Origin: Bacteroidia bacterium
Lineage (GTDB): Bacteria; Bacteroidota; Bacteroidia; UBA4408
DNA: 55,612 nucleotides
Direction of reading: 5' to 3'
Assembly: GCA_044374175.1 (NCBI GenBank)
Contig: JBILPB010000004.1
Coordinates: 1 to 55,612, forward strand
Below are positions 10,004-19,587 of this stretch, in pieces. Positions within the stretch are counted from its first letter, which is position 1. Each line of letters opens with the position of its first letter. The notes under the pieces were generated by a model. The model saw only the letters and a list, made by a program, of their open reading frames with translations. It was not told the origin of the DNA and made no database searches. Both the position numbers and the translations under genes were made by a program.

Positions 10004-13000
10004 ATGAAAAAATTTATTCAAACAATGCAATACTTAGCAAAGTGTTGTAATGTGCCTCTGGGTGTTATTGCAGCAATGCTAATTTTACTTCCTCAGTATT
10101 TGTTTGCAACCGTTTTTACAGTATCCAGCACTGCCGATAGTGGGCCAGGTACACTTAGGCAGGCAATTACTAATGCGAATGCAGATGTTGCAGTGCCCCA
10201 TACCATTAACTTTTCAATTGCTGCAGGAAGTACCATCACTTTGGCCGCAACTGCTTTACCGAATATAACGCGCACCATGATAATTGATGCAACCACCACG
10301 GCTGGCTGGACATCCAACGCCATAGGTGTAACCCTTGATGCAACAAGCAATACAGGCAATCAGGTATTTAATGTGGTAAACGTGCCTGGGTTTGAGATTT
10401 ATGGTTTTCAAATTATTGGTGGAGCATCCACAAGCTTCGGGATTTTAATCAATGGCGATAATGCCGATAATTTTAAAATTGGCGCCATCAATAAGCGCAA
10501 TGTAATCAACAGAGCAGGCAATACGGTTATAAAAGTTATTAGTGCCGATAACGGCTTTATTCAAAACAATTATATCGGCTGCGATGTAACTGGCACGTTT
10601 GGTTACTATGGCACGCCTACACTCACCCCGCCCAATTCAGGTAGTGGTTTACAGCTTACTGATGGTGCCAATGGCAATACTGTTGGAGGAAGTACTGCTG
10701 GACAAGGAAATTTGATTGCCGGAGGAACGGGCATTGCGCTTTTATTAGGTATTACTAATGATGCGAGCCCAGGCCTAAGCGGATGCTCGAACAATATTAT
10801 TTATGGCAACAGAATTGGCGGCCCCGGCACCTTGCAGTTTTGGAATTGTATAGGTATTTGGTTAGATGGAAATTCTGATAACAATATTATTGGAGGTGTG
10901 CTTGCTGGGCAAGCCAATGACCTTTCGTATTGTTCGAATGGAAATTCTTGCGATGGTCAGGGAACATCAGCAATCCGCATTCGCAGTGCAGAGGCGCAAG
11001 GAAATACCATACGGGGCAATGTTATGCAGTGCGCTCCCGGAGCGGGAATTAGGTTAATATCTACAGGTTCGAATAACAACCAATCATCCCCCGTACTTTC
11101 TGCTTTTAATATTACAACCAATATTTTAACAGGGACAAGTACAACACCCAATGCTATTATTGATGTGTATTTGGGTAGTGATTGTAATGGAGATTATGCA
11201 TTTAATATTAAAAGTAAACAATATTTGGCGAGCACCACAGCCGATGCAAGTGGCAACTGGAGTGTTAACTTATCTTCCGTTACGTGCTTCTTAAATGGAG
11301 AATATTTGACAGCAACAGCAACAAACCCTACTAATGGAAGCACTGGTCAATTTGCAAGCGGCTTATTGGTTACGCTGCCCACCCCCGCTGTTTATTATCC
11401 TCCGGGAACGTACACAGTAGGACCTACCGGCACATTTTGTTCTTTGAAAGGGGTTGCTGCATTTTTAAATCTTTTTACGATTTCGGGGGCCTATATTTTT
11501 GAGTTGCAGCCAACTTACAATGGTTCAACAGAGGCTACACCGATTGTTTTTAACAACAACGCAGGCTCATCTGCAACTAATACAGTAACGATTAGACCTG
11601 CAGTAGGAGCGACCAACTTACAAATTACAAACGGAAATGCCGACAATACCATTCGTTTAAATGGTATGGACTTTTTAACCATTGACGGACGCGCAGGAGG
11701 AACAGGCACCAGCCGCAACCTTTCAATTGAAACACTCAATGATATGGGTGCATCAATTATGCTTACCAATGATGCAGTAAGTAACACCATTCGCTTTTGC
11801 AATGTGCGAGGTGGTGCTGCATACACTGGGGCAGGCGGAAGTTCAGGTGGTATGATCGGTATCATTGAAATTAATACACTTGCCGGAAGTACAACAGGAT
11901 GCGATAACAATACAATTGCTAACTGCTTAATCGCAAACAACAATTCTTCCACACTGAGTCCAATATGTGGTGTTTATTGCAGAGGATTGTCAAACGCAGC
12001 TACCAATAATAACATCGTTATTCGCAATAACGAATTTAATGGAATCAGAGAATATGGCTACAATGGTGCAAATAAATATTCCGGAATCATTCATTTTGAT
12101 GCTTTTAACTCAGCTGCTGTGATTGAGGGGAATAGCATTTATCAATCGGCAGCTTACGATATTCCATTGCAATCGGGCTCACAAGTCGTAACTCAGTATG
12201 GTATATTTGTCCACAATGGAGCAGGTTATAATATTTCAGCAGCCAATGTGACCAATTTGACAGGCAATGGCAATAACTTTATTATTAGAGATAATTTTAT
12301 TGGAGGTAGTGGTCCGAATTGCACAGGAACATGGACTGTAAACACGCCAGTGACAACAAGCGGTCAGTATCGATTTATTGGTATTTATGTTCAAGGCACC
12401 ATCAATACCCCTGCAGGCAGTTTAGCAAGCATAGAGGGCAATACCATTAAAAATATTTCGTGGGGGACAACCTCACCCTTTGCAAATACAGCTCCGCAAC
12501 TGGCTGTGTGGGGCGGTATTGTTGTAGTTGGAGGACAGGCTGTTGGAGTAACAGGAAGAACTGTTACCATTGGAACCTTGAGCAAACCAAATATTATTGG
12601 GGATAACCTTTCTAATGGCTCAATTACTGTTACAAATGCTGGCTCAGCTGCAGGAAATGGGATGAACCTTATCGGTATACAGGTTCAAAGTATGGGTTCA
12701 GGGAATACAACTATTGAGTATAATCAAATTGGAGGTATCACAGCAAGTTCAATAACAGGAGCTGGTCGTGTTTCAACAATTGAGGGAATTCGGGTGGATG
12801 ATGGAAACAATGTAATTCGTTTTAATACCATTGGAAGTACTACGTTGGCCAATAGTTTTAACATTACCGCCTCGGCTACAACTTATAATGCTACAGCGGC
12901 TAACAATCAGATTCAGCGTGTGCGAGGCATTGTTCATTCGGGCGGAACGGCAACTACCGCATCAACAACCATTGCCAACAATACTATTGCTAATCTGCGA

Positions 13001-16000
13001 ATGAATTATGCTGCCACAGCTACCGGGCCTGGTGCAGCGAGAGGTATTGTGTTTGATAATCCAACACCGGCCAATCTTCGCGGAGCCATTCAAATTCAAA
13101 ACAATACCATTTTTAACCTCGCATCCAATCAAAATTTTGCAGCAAGCGGAGCTACGGCCAATGTGGTAGGGATTGATTTCAATTTATCGGGGAATTCCGA
13201 GGTGGCCAATACCAATATTTCGGGCAATACCATTTATGGCTTAACCACCAATGGTTCGACTGTAATTACAAATGCCCTTGGTATTTACTATTCAGGAAGA
13301 TCGGCAGGTACACAAACCATTAATGGTAATTATATCAGAGATTTCAATTCAACAAACACTAGCCAAAGTCAAACTGGTATTTTGGTGGAAGGTGGTGTCT
13401 CAACGTATTCAAACAACATCATTTTCCTTGGCAATGGTATTAGTACGCACCCTAGTATAAATGGCATCCGCGAGACAAGCGGTACCAATCAGTTTTATTT
13501 TAACACAGCCAGGATAGTCGGAGTGCCAACAGGAACTGCTACCAATAGTACTTTTGCTTTTATATCAATGGTAAATGCGGGAACACGCAATATTCGCAAC
13601 AATATTTTCGCTAACGCAAGAAGTTCTTTTGTGGATGCTACAAGTAGACATTATGCCATTAGCTTAATCGGAAATACAGGCCTTACCATTAACTTTAACA
13701 ATTACGTTGCATCGGGTGCAAATGGAGCGGTTTTAGGTCGTTATAATGCTGTTAATAATACATCACTTGCTACATGGCAAACATCAACTACACAGGATGC
13801 AGCCAGTCAATCAATAAATCCTAATTTTTTTGGCCCAGGTCCAACTGCAACACATCATAGACCCACCGGAACAGGAATTATTGCAGGTGTTGCCGTTGCA
13901 AGTGTTACCACCGATTATTCTGGAACTTACAGATCGTGCAACAACACCCTTGGTGCATTTGAGATAGCGCCCACGGCACCTAATTTACAAATTACCAATC
14001 CTGCTGCAGTATGCTCACCCAATACTGTCAACTTGAATGCTGTTGGCGTAATCACCGACCTCAATAGCACCACTGGCACTACAAGTTATTTTTCAAGTCT
14101 TGCCAATGCCATTAGTAATACCTCGCCCATAGCTATTACTACTGCTGTTTCAGCATCAGGGACTTACTTTATAAGAAAAACAGCGGGTTGCGGATTCGAT
14201 GTGAAGCCTGTGACAGTAACGATAAATCCACTGCCAAATCCTTCGTTTACCGTTTCATCATCTTCTCTTTGCGCAGGTTCAACAGGTGTTGTTTTTACCA
14301 CGCAAAGTGGTATGACTGGCTACACCTGGAATATTACAGGAGTAGGTAATAGTATTTCCTCTGGTTCGGGAACAAACTCTGTTATAACCTCATGGGGATC
14401 GAACGGAGGGAACGTTACCTTAAACTATACAAACCCAAATGGTTGTTCAGCTGCAAGTGCCATTAGTCAGGCAGTAACCATTACCCCTCTTGCTACACCT
14501 ACTTTTACAGTTACTGGCGCAAGTCCGGTTTGTCAGGGTGCAACAGCACAAACATTTACCACGCAAACAGGCCGGTCTAATTATTTATGGTCGGTTGTTG
14601 GCGGTAACATTACAGCGGGTGGCACATCAACAAGTAATTCTGCAACAATTACATGGAATACCCCTGGTGCTGGTGTTGTAGCAGTAAACTATTCTAATGC
14701 TGCAAGTCCGCTTTGTTTTGCTAGTTCATATACCTCTGCTAACATCACAGTTAATGCCCCTCCAGCTATTACTGCGCAGCCAACTGCCCCAACAGTTGTA
14801 TGCAGTGGAGCAGGAACACAAACACTGAGTGTAACTGCCACAGGAGCTGGTTTAAATTATTCTTGGAGAAAGGGTGGAACACCGGTCACAAATGGAACCG
14901 TATATTCTGGACAAGGCACAAGCACATTAACTTTAACCAATCCTACGGTTGCAGATGCTGGAAGTTATGATGTAGTAATTACAGGTACTTGCACACCTGC
15001 AGTTACTTCAAGTGCAGTAACAGTAAGTGTAAATCCTTTGCCGCAAGGCAGCATTTCGGGCAATACTGTTTGTATAGGAGGCCAAAGTCAATTTACATTT
15101 ACGGCAACTGCAGGTACGGGACCATATACTTTAATCATAGATGGAACAACTTACACCAACGTAGTAAGCGGCACTCCTTTTAATGGACCATCGCCAAGCT
15201 CTAACACATCCTATACATTAACATCTATAACTGGCTCCAATGGTTGTGTTAGGACATCAGGTTTTACCGGTGCAACTGCCACATTAACAATTAATACCGC
15301 ACCAGCCATTACCACTCAACCCTCTGCTCCAAGTTCTACTTGCACCAGCAGTGGCACTCAAACCCTAAGTGTTGCAGCTACTGGAACAGGCTTAACCTAT
15401 TCTTGGAGAAAGGGAGGAGTAGCGATTACCAATGGAGGAGTTTTTTCAGGTCAAGGAACTAATACATTAACCTTAACAAATCCTGTGATTGCAGATGCCG
15501 GTAGTTACGATGTAGTGATTAGTGGGACTTGTCCTTCTCCTGTAACTTCCAATGCAGTTAATGTAACTGTAAATCCATTGCCGCAAGGCAGTATTGCCGG
15601 TAACACTATTTGCTCAGGCAACCAAAGTCAATTTACCTTTACCGCAAGCACAGGTATAGGGCCATTTACATTAATCGTTGGAGGTACAACCTATACCAAT
15701 GTGATAAGCGGCACGTCTTTTAATGGTCCATCGCCAACTACTACTACTCCGTACACATTAACCTCTATTACTGATGCCAATGGTTGTGTGAGAACAACAG
15801 GCATAACCGCAGCAACAGCTACTGTAACTGTAAACACAGCACCCTCAATTATCACTCAGCCACTGCAGCCAGCAGCAACTTGCACAGGTTCAGGTACACG
15901 CACCATTTCTGTTCTTGCTACCGGAACTGGACTAACCTATTCTTGGAGAAAAGATGGATTAGCTGTTGCTAACGGAGGAATATATTCCGGACAAGGCACA

Positions 16001-19000
16001 AATACATTGACAATAACCAATCCTGTGGTGGCAGATGCAGGTAGTTATGATGTTGTAATCAGTGGAACTTGCACACCTGATGTTACTTCTAATGCAGTAT
16101 TATTAAATGTGAGCGCCACACCAACAGCCAGCGGCACAGGTCCTTTACAAACTTGTGAGAATGGAGCTATCACCGTGAGTGGAGTCAGCGCAACTAATGG
16201 CACTATCTCTTGGAGCATTCTTAACGGGAATGGCAATTTAGCTAACACAAGCACCTTAACACCAACCTATACGCCAGTGGCAGCTGATGCGGGGACAACG
16301 GTTGTATTAAGACTTTCTGTATCAAATCCTCCTTGTGCCGATGCAATTTATGATCAACAAATTCAAATTAGACCTAGGCCTACTTTAAGCACAGCTGCTG
16401 TCAACATCTGCACAGGCAATCCTTTTCAACAAATTGATGTTGTGTCGCCTCAACCAAATACAGATTATAAATGGTCGCCAGTCAATGATTTATATCTTGA
16501 TATGGGATTAACTGTTCCTTACACTTTAGGAACAGCCGCATCAACAGTATGGACTGCTCCTTTTGGAAACGTAACCTACAATGTATCTGCTACTAATACA
16601 ACAGATAATTGCGTTACTGGTGCCACACCAGTAGCAGTGACCGTTTGTCCAGCTGCCAATGATGCCATCTGTCAAGCTCTTCCTGTAAATGTGACAAGCA
16701 CCGCAACTTTTGTAAATTACAGCTTAACAGGATCTACTCCATCAATATTTGCTGCTTGTGCACCTGTGGCCAGAGATATTTATTTCTCTGCAGTGGTTCC
16801 TGCCAATGGCGAGATTAATGTAATCACCTTAGCGGGCAATAATAGTAATGCTTCATTAAATATTGTGAGTAGTGTAGTACAAATTTTAACTGGAGCTTGT
16901 ACTTCACCAACAGCGGTATATTGTGATGCTAATGGAGGTGCAGGCAATATGAGCTTTGCTCATGCCAGTGGTTTAAGCCCTGGATCAACTGTTTATATTC
17001 GTTTAGCAAGAACAGGTGGCCTTTCAACTGCACAATTTGTGAGAATGGCAGTTACAAACGGTTTGATTTGGACAGCAGCAGCAGATGACGACTTTAATAA
17101 TCCAGCCAACTGGCATGGAGGTGATGCTACTGCTTTAACAAAACCAGATGCGACAATTTCTGCTATCATTCCATCAACCGTAACAAAACCTAAATTATAC
17201 GCTAATAGCACAGTAAGAGGCATGAACTTTACAACTGGAGCGCCTTACTTTGTTTCTCCAGGAATCAATTTAAATGCATTTACCTTAAATGTAAAAGGCT
17301 CTTGGTTAGTAGGTCCTTCAGTAGCTTCAACTTTAGTTTTAGATTGCAATGGAACGGTAGAATTTAATGGGTCAGGGGCTTCGGCTCAAACCATTGGAGG
17401 CAAAAATACCTTTGGTAATTTAACGGCCAACAATACTGTTGGAGGTATAACTTTGAATGCAAGCACTGGTGTTACTTGTATTTTAAAAACAACTGCTGGT
17501 ACCTTGAATAGTGCTGGTAATTTAATACTGCGCTCAAATGCTACTACAACAGCTTTGGTAGATCCTCTTGCTGGCACTGTAAATGGGAATGTGAGTGTTG
17601 AGCGTAAAATTGGTACAACATCTGGCTATCATTATTTATCGAGTCCAGTGGCTAATGCCTTTGTTAACAATACGGTTAATGGTTGGCGCGATGATTTTAC
17701 AATTCTTTCGGCTCTTGATGGTTTAGTATTTATACCAGGCAATACCTATTCAACCTTGCCTACTGTTTGGGAATACAATGAACCTAATTTAAATCCAAAC
17801 GCAGCATATGGATGGATTGCTGCTACAGCAGGTGATGATGAGATTAAACCTTTGAAAGGTTTTGCATGTGTTGTAACAGGAAATACGGTAGTTGATGTAG
17901 TAGGAGCTTTAAACAATGGCACCATAGCCGGAGGTTATAACATTACAAGAACAACTGGAACTGGTGTTGGCGAAGGCTTAAATGCCATAGGAAATCCTTA
18001 TCCATCACCTATAAGTTGGAATGCCTTTAGAGCTTTACCAGCAAATAGTGGCTTGCTATCAACAAGTGGCTATCAGGCTTTCATCTCTTCGGGAGGATAT
18101 AACGGTGCTTATGGTAGCTGGGATGGCGCTGTTGGTTCACCTGTGAGTGTTACAGATAAAATAGCTTCATCACAGGGAGTTATGATTACCGCTTTGGCCA
18201 CCGGAAATATCAATGCTGCAAACAGCGTTCGTTTAACTAGTGCTGCCGATTTAAATGCAACCTTCTTCAATGGTTACAATAGCGTTCCTGATTTAATGAG
18301 AATAGAAGTGCAAGGCAATGCTTATACGAATGAAACCGCTATTTATTTTGATCCAACAGGAAATGATGTTTTTGATATTCATCGTGATGCAAGGTTGATT
18401 TATACACCAGTAGCTGGCGTGCCAAATATTTATTCGAAAATAGATAACACCCCATTAAATATCAATGTAATGGGTAAACTAGATATGGATAAAGTGGTTT
18501 CATTAGGCGTAAAAATACAAACAGCAGGTACTTATAATTTAGTGGCAACAGATATGACAACATTTGCTCCATCTGTAATTGCTTATTTAGAAGATACACA
18601 AGCTGGAACCATGACTAACTTACGCACTAATCCATCTTACAATGTTACTTTACCAGTAGGAGAAATCAACAATCGTTTCTACTTACATTTCCATCCAGCG
18701 GTTGAGTTAAATACAATCAATGAAACATGCGCAGGTAACGATGGTAAATTATTGATTAACTATCCTACCACAAATACAGTAGATATTATCATTAAAGATG
18801 AAAACGGGAATGTGGTAAGCACACAAAACAACTTAACAGGAACAGTAACCATCAACAACTTGCTTTCAGGAAATTATGTAGCTGAAATGACTTTTGGTGT
18901 AGCTCCAAATATTTACACAACTGCTGACTACTTCACAGTAGCTGGTGGAAATGCAGTGTTTGCTAACCTAAGTGCTAGTGCTACTTCAGTAGATATGAAT

Positions 19001-19471
19001 GCAAATACAACAGTTAACTTTACTGCAACCGCTCAGGGAGCAACTAGCTTTAACTGGAACTTTGGAGATGGCACTGTTGTAACAAATGGTCCAGCTAACA
19101 TGGCTCATACCTTTGCATCAGTAGGTACTTATACTGTAACTTTTGAAGCTAGCAACGGCATTTGTAATACAGTAGCAACTACAACGGTAGAAGTTACAAA
19201 TGCTACAGGTTTAGTGGCTATCAATAACAGCAAATTGCAAGTTGTTGGTGTTGGAAGCAAAGTAACAGTTCGTTTTGGCAACAAAATGGAAGGTACAGGC
19301 AACATCGAAGTCATTAATATGTTAGGCGAGGTAGTAGCTCATCTTGACAATGTATCAATGAAAGGCACAAGAGAAATCGAAATGTCAAACATTGCTGCTG
19401 GTCAATATTTAGTTAAAATAACTAACGGTAATAAATTGTATACTGATAAGGTTTTCTTGAGCCGTCAGTAG
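10004..19471 (+). CDS. Giant T9SS type-A CTD surface protein / putative adhesin (beta-helix, Ig-like, PKD domains)
   Basis: Signal peptide, GTLRQAI (CSLREA-like) motif, long N/G/T-rich parallel beta-helix-like repeats, three Ig repeats (YSWRK..DAGSYDVVI), GNPYPSPI, PKD WNFGDG, C-terminal IEVINMLGE...AGQYLVKI...DKVFL. Confidence 0.9.
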   Translation: MKKFIQTMQYLAKCCNVPLGVIAAMLILLPQYLFATVFTVSSTADSGPGTLRQAITNANADVAVPHTINFSIAAGSTITLAATALPNITRTMIIDATTTAGWTSNAIGVTLDATSNTGNQVFNVVNVPGFEIYGFQIIGGASTSFGILINGDNADNFKIGAINKRNVINRAGNTVIKVISADNGFIQNNYIGCDVTGTFGYYGTPTLTPPNSGSGLQLTDGANGNTVGGSTAGQGNLIAGGTGIALLLGITNDASPGLSGCSNNIIYGNRIGGPGTLQFWNCIGIWLDGNSDNNIIGGVLAGQANDLSYCSNGNSCDGQGTSAIRIRSAEAQGNTIRGNVMQCAPGAGIRLISTGSNNNQSSPVLSAFNITTNILTGTSTTPNAIIDVYLGSDCNGDYAFNIKSKQYLASTTADASGNWSVNLSSVTCFLNGEYLTATATNPTNGSTGQFASGLLVTLPTPAVYYPPGTYTVGPTGTFCSLKGVAAFLNLFTISGAYIFELQPTYNGSTEATPIVFNNNAGSSATNTVTIRPAVGATNLQITNGNADNTIRLNGMDFLTIDGRAGGTGTSRNLSIETLNDMGASIMLTNDAVSNTIRFCNVRGGAAYTGAGGSSGGMIGIIEINTLAGSTTGCDNNTIANCLIANNNSSTLSPICGVYCRGLSNAATNNNIVIRNNEFNGIREYGYNGANKYSGIIHFDAFNSAAVIEGNSIYQSAAYDIPLQSGSQVVTQYGIFVHNGAGYNISAANVTNLTGNGNNFIIRDNFIGGSGPNCTGTWTVNTPVTTSGQYRFIGIYVQGTINTPAGSLASIEGNTIKNISWGTTSPFANTAPQLAVWGGIVVVGGQAVGVTGRTVTIGTLSKPNIIGDNLSNGSITVTNAGSAAGNGMNLIGIQVQSMGSGNTTIEYNQIGGITASSITGAGRVSTIEGIRVDDGNNVIRFNTIGSTTLANSFNITASATTYNATAANNQIQRVRGIVHSGGTATTASTTIANNTIANLRMNYAATATGPGAARGIVFDNPTPANLRGAIQIQNNTIFNLASNQNFAASGATANVVGIDFNLSGNSEVANTNISGNTIYGLTTNGSTVITNALGIYYSGRSAGTQTINGNYIRDFNSTNTSQSQTGILVEGGVSTYSNNIIFLGNGISTHPSINGIRETSGTNQFYFNTARIVGVPTGTATNSTFAFISMVNAGTRNIRNNIFANARSSFVDATSRHYAISLIGNTGLTINFNNYVASGANGAVLGRYNAVNNTSLATWQTSTTQDAASQSINPNFFGPGPTATHHRPTGTGIIAGVAVASVTTDYSGTYRSCNNTLGAFEIAPTAPNLQITNPAAVCSPNTVNLNAVGVITDLNSTTGTTSYFSSLANAISNTSPIAITTAVSASGTYFIRKTAGCGFDVKPVTVTINPLPNPSFTVSSSSLCAGSTGVVFTTQSGMTGYTWNITGVGNSISSGSGTNSVITSWGSNGGNVTLNYTNPNGCSAASAISQAVTITPLATPTFTVTGASPVCQGATAQTFTTQTGRSNYLWSVVGGNITAGGTSTSNSATITWNTPGAGVVAVNYSNAASPLCFASSYTSANITVNAPPAITAQPTAPTVVCSGAGTQTLSVTATGAGLNYSWRKGGTPVTNGTVYSGQGTSTLTLTNPTVADAGSYDVVITGTCTPAVTSSAVTVSVNPLPQGSISGNTVCIGGQSQFTFTATAGTGPYTLIIDGTTYTNVVSGTPFNGPSPSSNTSYTLTSITGSNGCVRTSGFTGATATLTINTAPAITTQPSAPSSTCTSSGTQTLSVAATGTGLTYSWRKGGVAITNGGVFSGQGTNTLTLTNPVIADAGSYDVVISGTCPSPVTSNAVNVTVNPLPQGSIAGNTICSGNQSQFTFTASTGIGPFTLIVGGTTYTNVISGTSFNGPSPTTTTPYTLTSITDANGCVRTTGITAATATVTVNTAPSIITQPLQPAATCTGSGTRTISVLATGTGLTYSWRKDGLAVANGGIYSGQGTNTLTITNPVVADAGSYDVVISGTCTPDVTSNAVLLNVSATPTASGTGPLQTCENGAITVSGVSATNGTISWSILNGNGNLANTSTLTPTYTPVAADAGTTVVLRLSVSNPPCADAIYDQQIQIRPRPTLSTAAVNICTGNPFQQIDVVSPQPNTDYKWSPVNDLYLDMGLTVPYTLGTAASTVWTAPFGNVTYNVSATNTTDNCVTGATPVAVTVCPAANDAICQALPVNVTSTATFVNYSLTGSTPSIFAACAPVARDIYFSAVVPANGEINVITLAGNNSNASLNIVSSVVQILTGACTSPTAVYCDANGGAGNMSFAHASGLSPGSTVYIRLARTGGLSTAQFVRMAVTNGLIWTAAADDDFNNPANWHGGDATALTKPDATISAIIPSTVTKPKLYANSTVRGMNFTTGAPYFVSPGINLNAFTLNVKGSWLVGPSVASTLVLDCNGTVEFNGSGASAQTIGGKNTFGNLTANNTVGGITLNASTGVTCILKTTAGTLNSAGNLILRSNATTTALVDPLAGTVNGNVSVERKIGTTSGYHYLSSPVANAFVNNTVNGWRDDFTILSALDGLVFIPGNTYSTLPTVWEYNEPNLNPNAAYGWIAATAGDDEIKPLKGFACVVTGNTVVDVVGALNNGTIAGGYNITRTTGTGVGEGLNAIGNPYPSPISWNAFRALPANSGLLSTSGYQAFISSGGYNGAYGSWDGAVGSPVSVTDKIASSQGVMITALATGNINAANSVRLTSAADLNATFFNGYNSVPDLMRIEVQGNAYTNETAIYFDPTGNDVFDIHRDARLIYTPVAGVPNIYSKIDNTPLNINVMGKLDMDKVVSLGVKIQTAGTYNLVATDMTTFAPSVIAYLEDTQAGTMTNLRTNPSYNVTLPVGEINNRFYLHFHPAVELNTINETCAGNDGKLLINYPTTNTVDIIIKDENGNVVSTQNNLTGTVTINNLLSGNYVAEMTFGVAPNIYTTADYFTVAGGNAVFANLSASATSVDMNANTTVNFTATAQGATSFNWNFGDGTVVTNGPANMAHTFASVGTYTVTFEASNGICNTVATTTVEVTNATGLVAINNSKLQVVGVGSKVTVRFGNKMEGTGNIEVINMLGEVVAHLDNVSMKGTREIEMSNIAAGQYLVKITNGNKLYTDKVFLSRQ
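14753..16110 (+). repeat. 540-bp (180-aa) tandem repeat, 2.5 units (Ig-X-Ig-X-Ig)
   Basis: Units start at 14753, 15293 and 15833. TCTTGGAGAA recurs at 14861, 15401 and 15941, an exact 540-bp period. Confidence 0.92.
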
Positions 19472-19507
19472 TAAAAAACATTGTAATTGTTTAAATTCAA
19501 TGGTAAG

Positions 19508-19545
19508 CAAAACCCTGAAGTTTTTTCTTTAGGGTTTTGTTTTTT
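19508..19545 (+). terminator. Rho-independent terminator after the giant gene
   Basis: CAAAACCCTGAAG...CTTTAGGGTTTTG followed by TTTTTT. Confidence 0.85.
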
Positions 19546-19587
19546 GATAAAGAAATTATTTATTTTAGGTGACTCAATTAACTCATT

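Noticed and set aside
14753-16110. 540-bp repeats as DGR template/variable repeats or a CRISPR array
   Set aside because: They are in-frame domain duplications with mainly synonymous differences; there are no spacers and no reverse transcriptase or cas gene in the window
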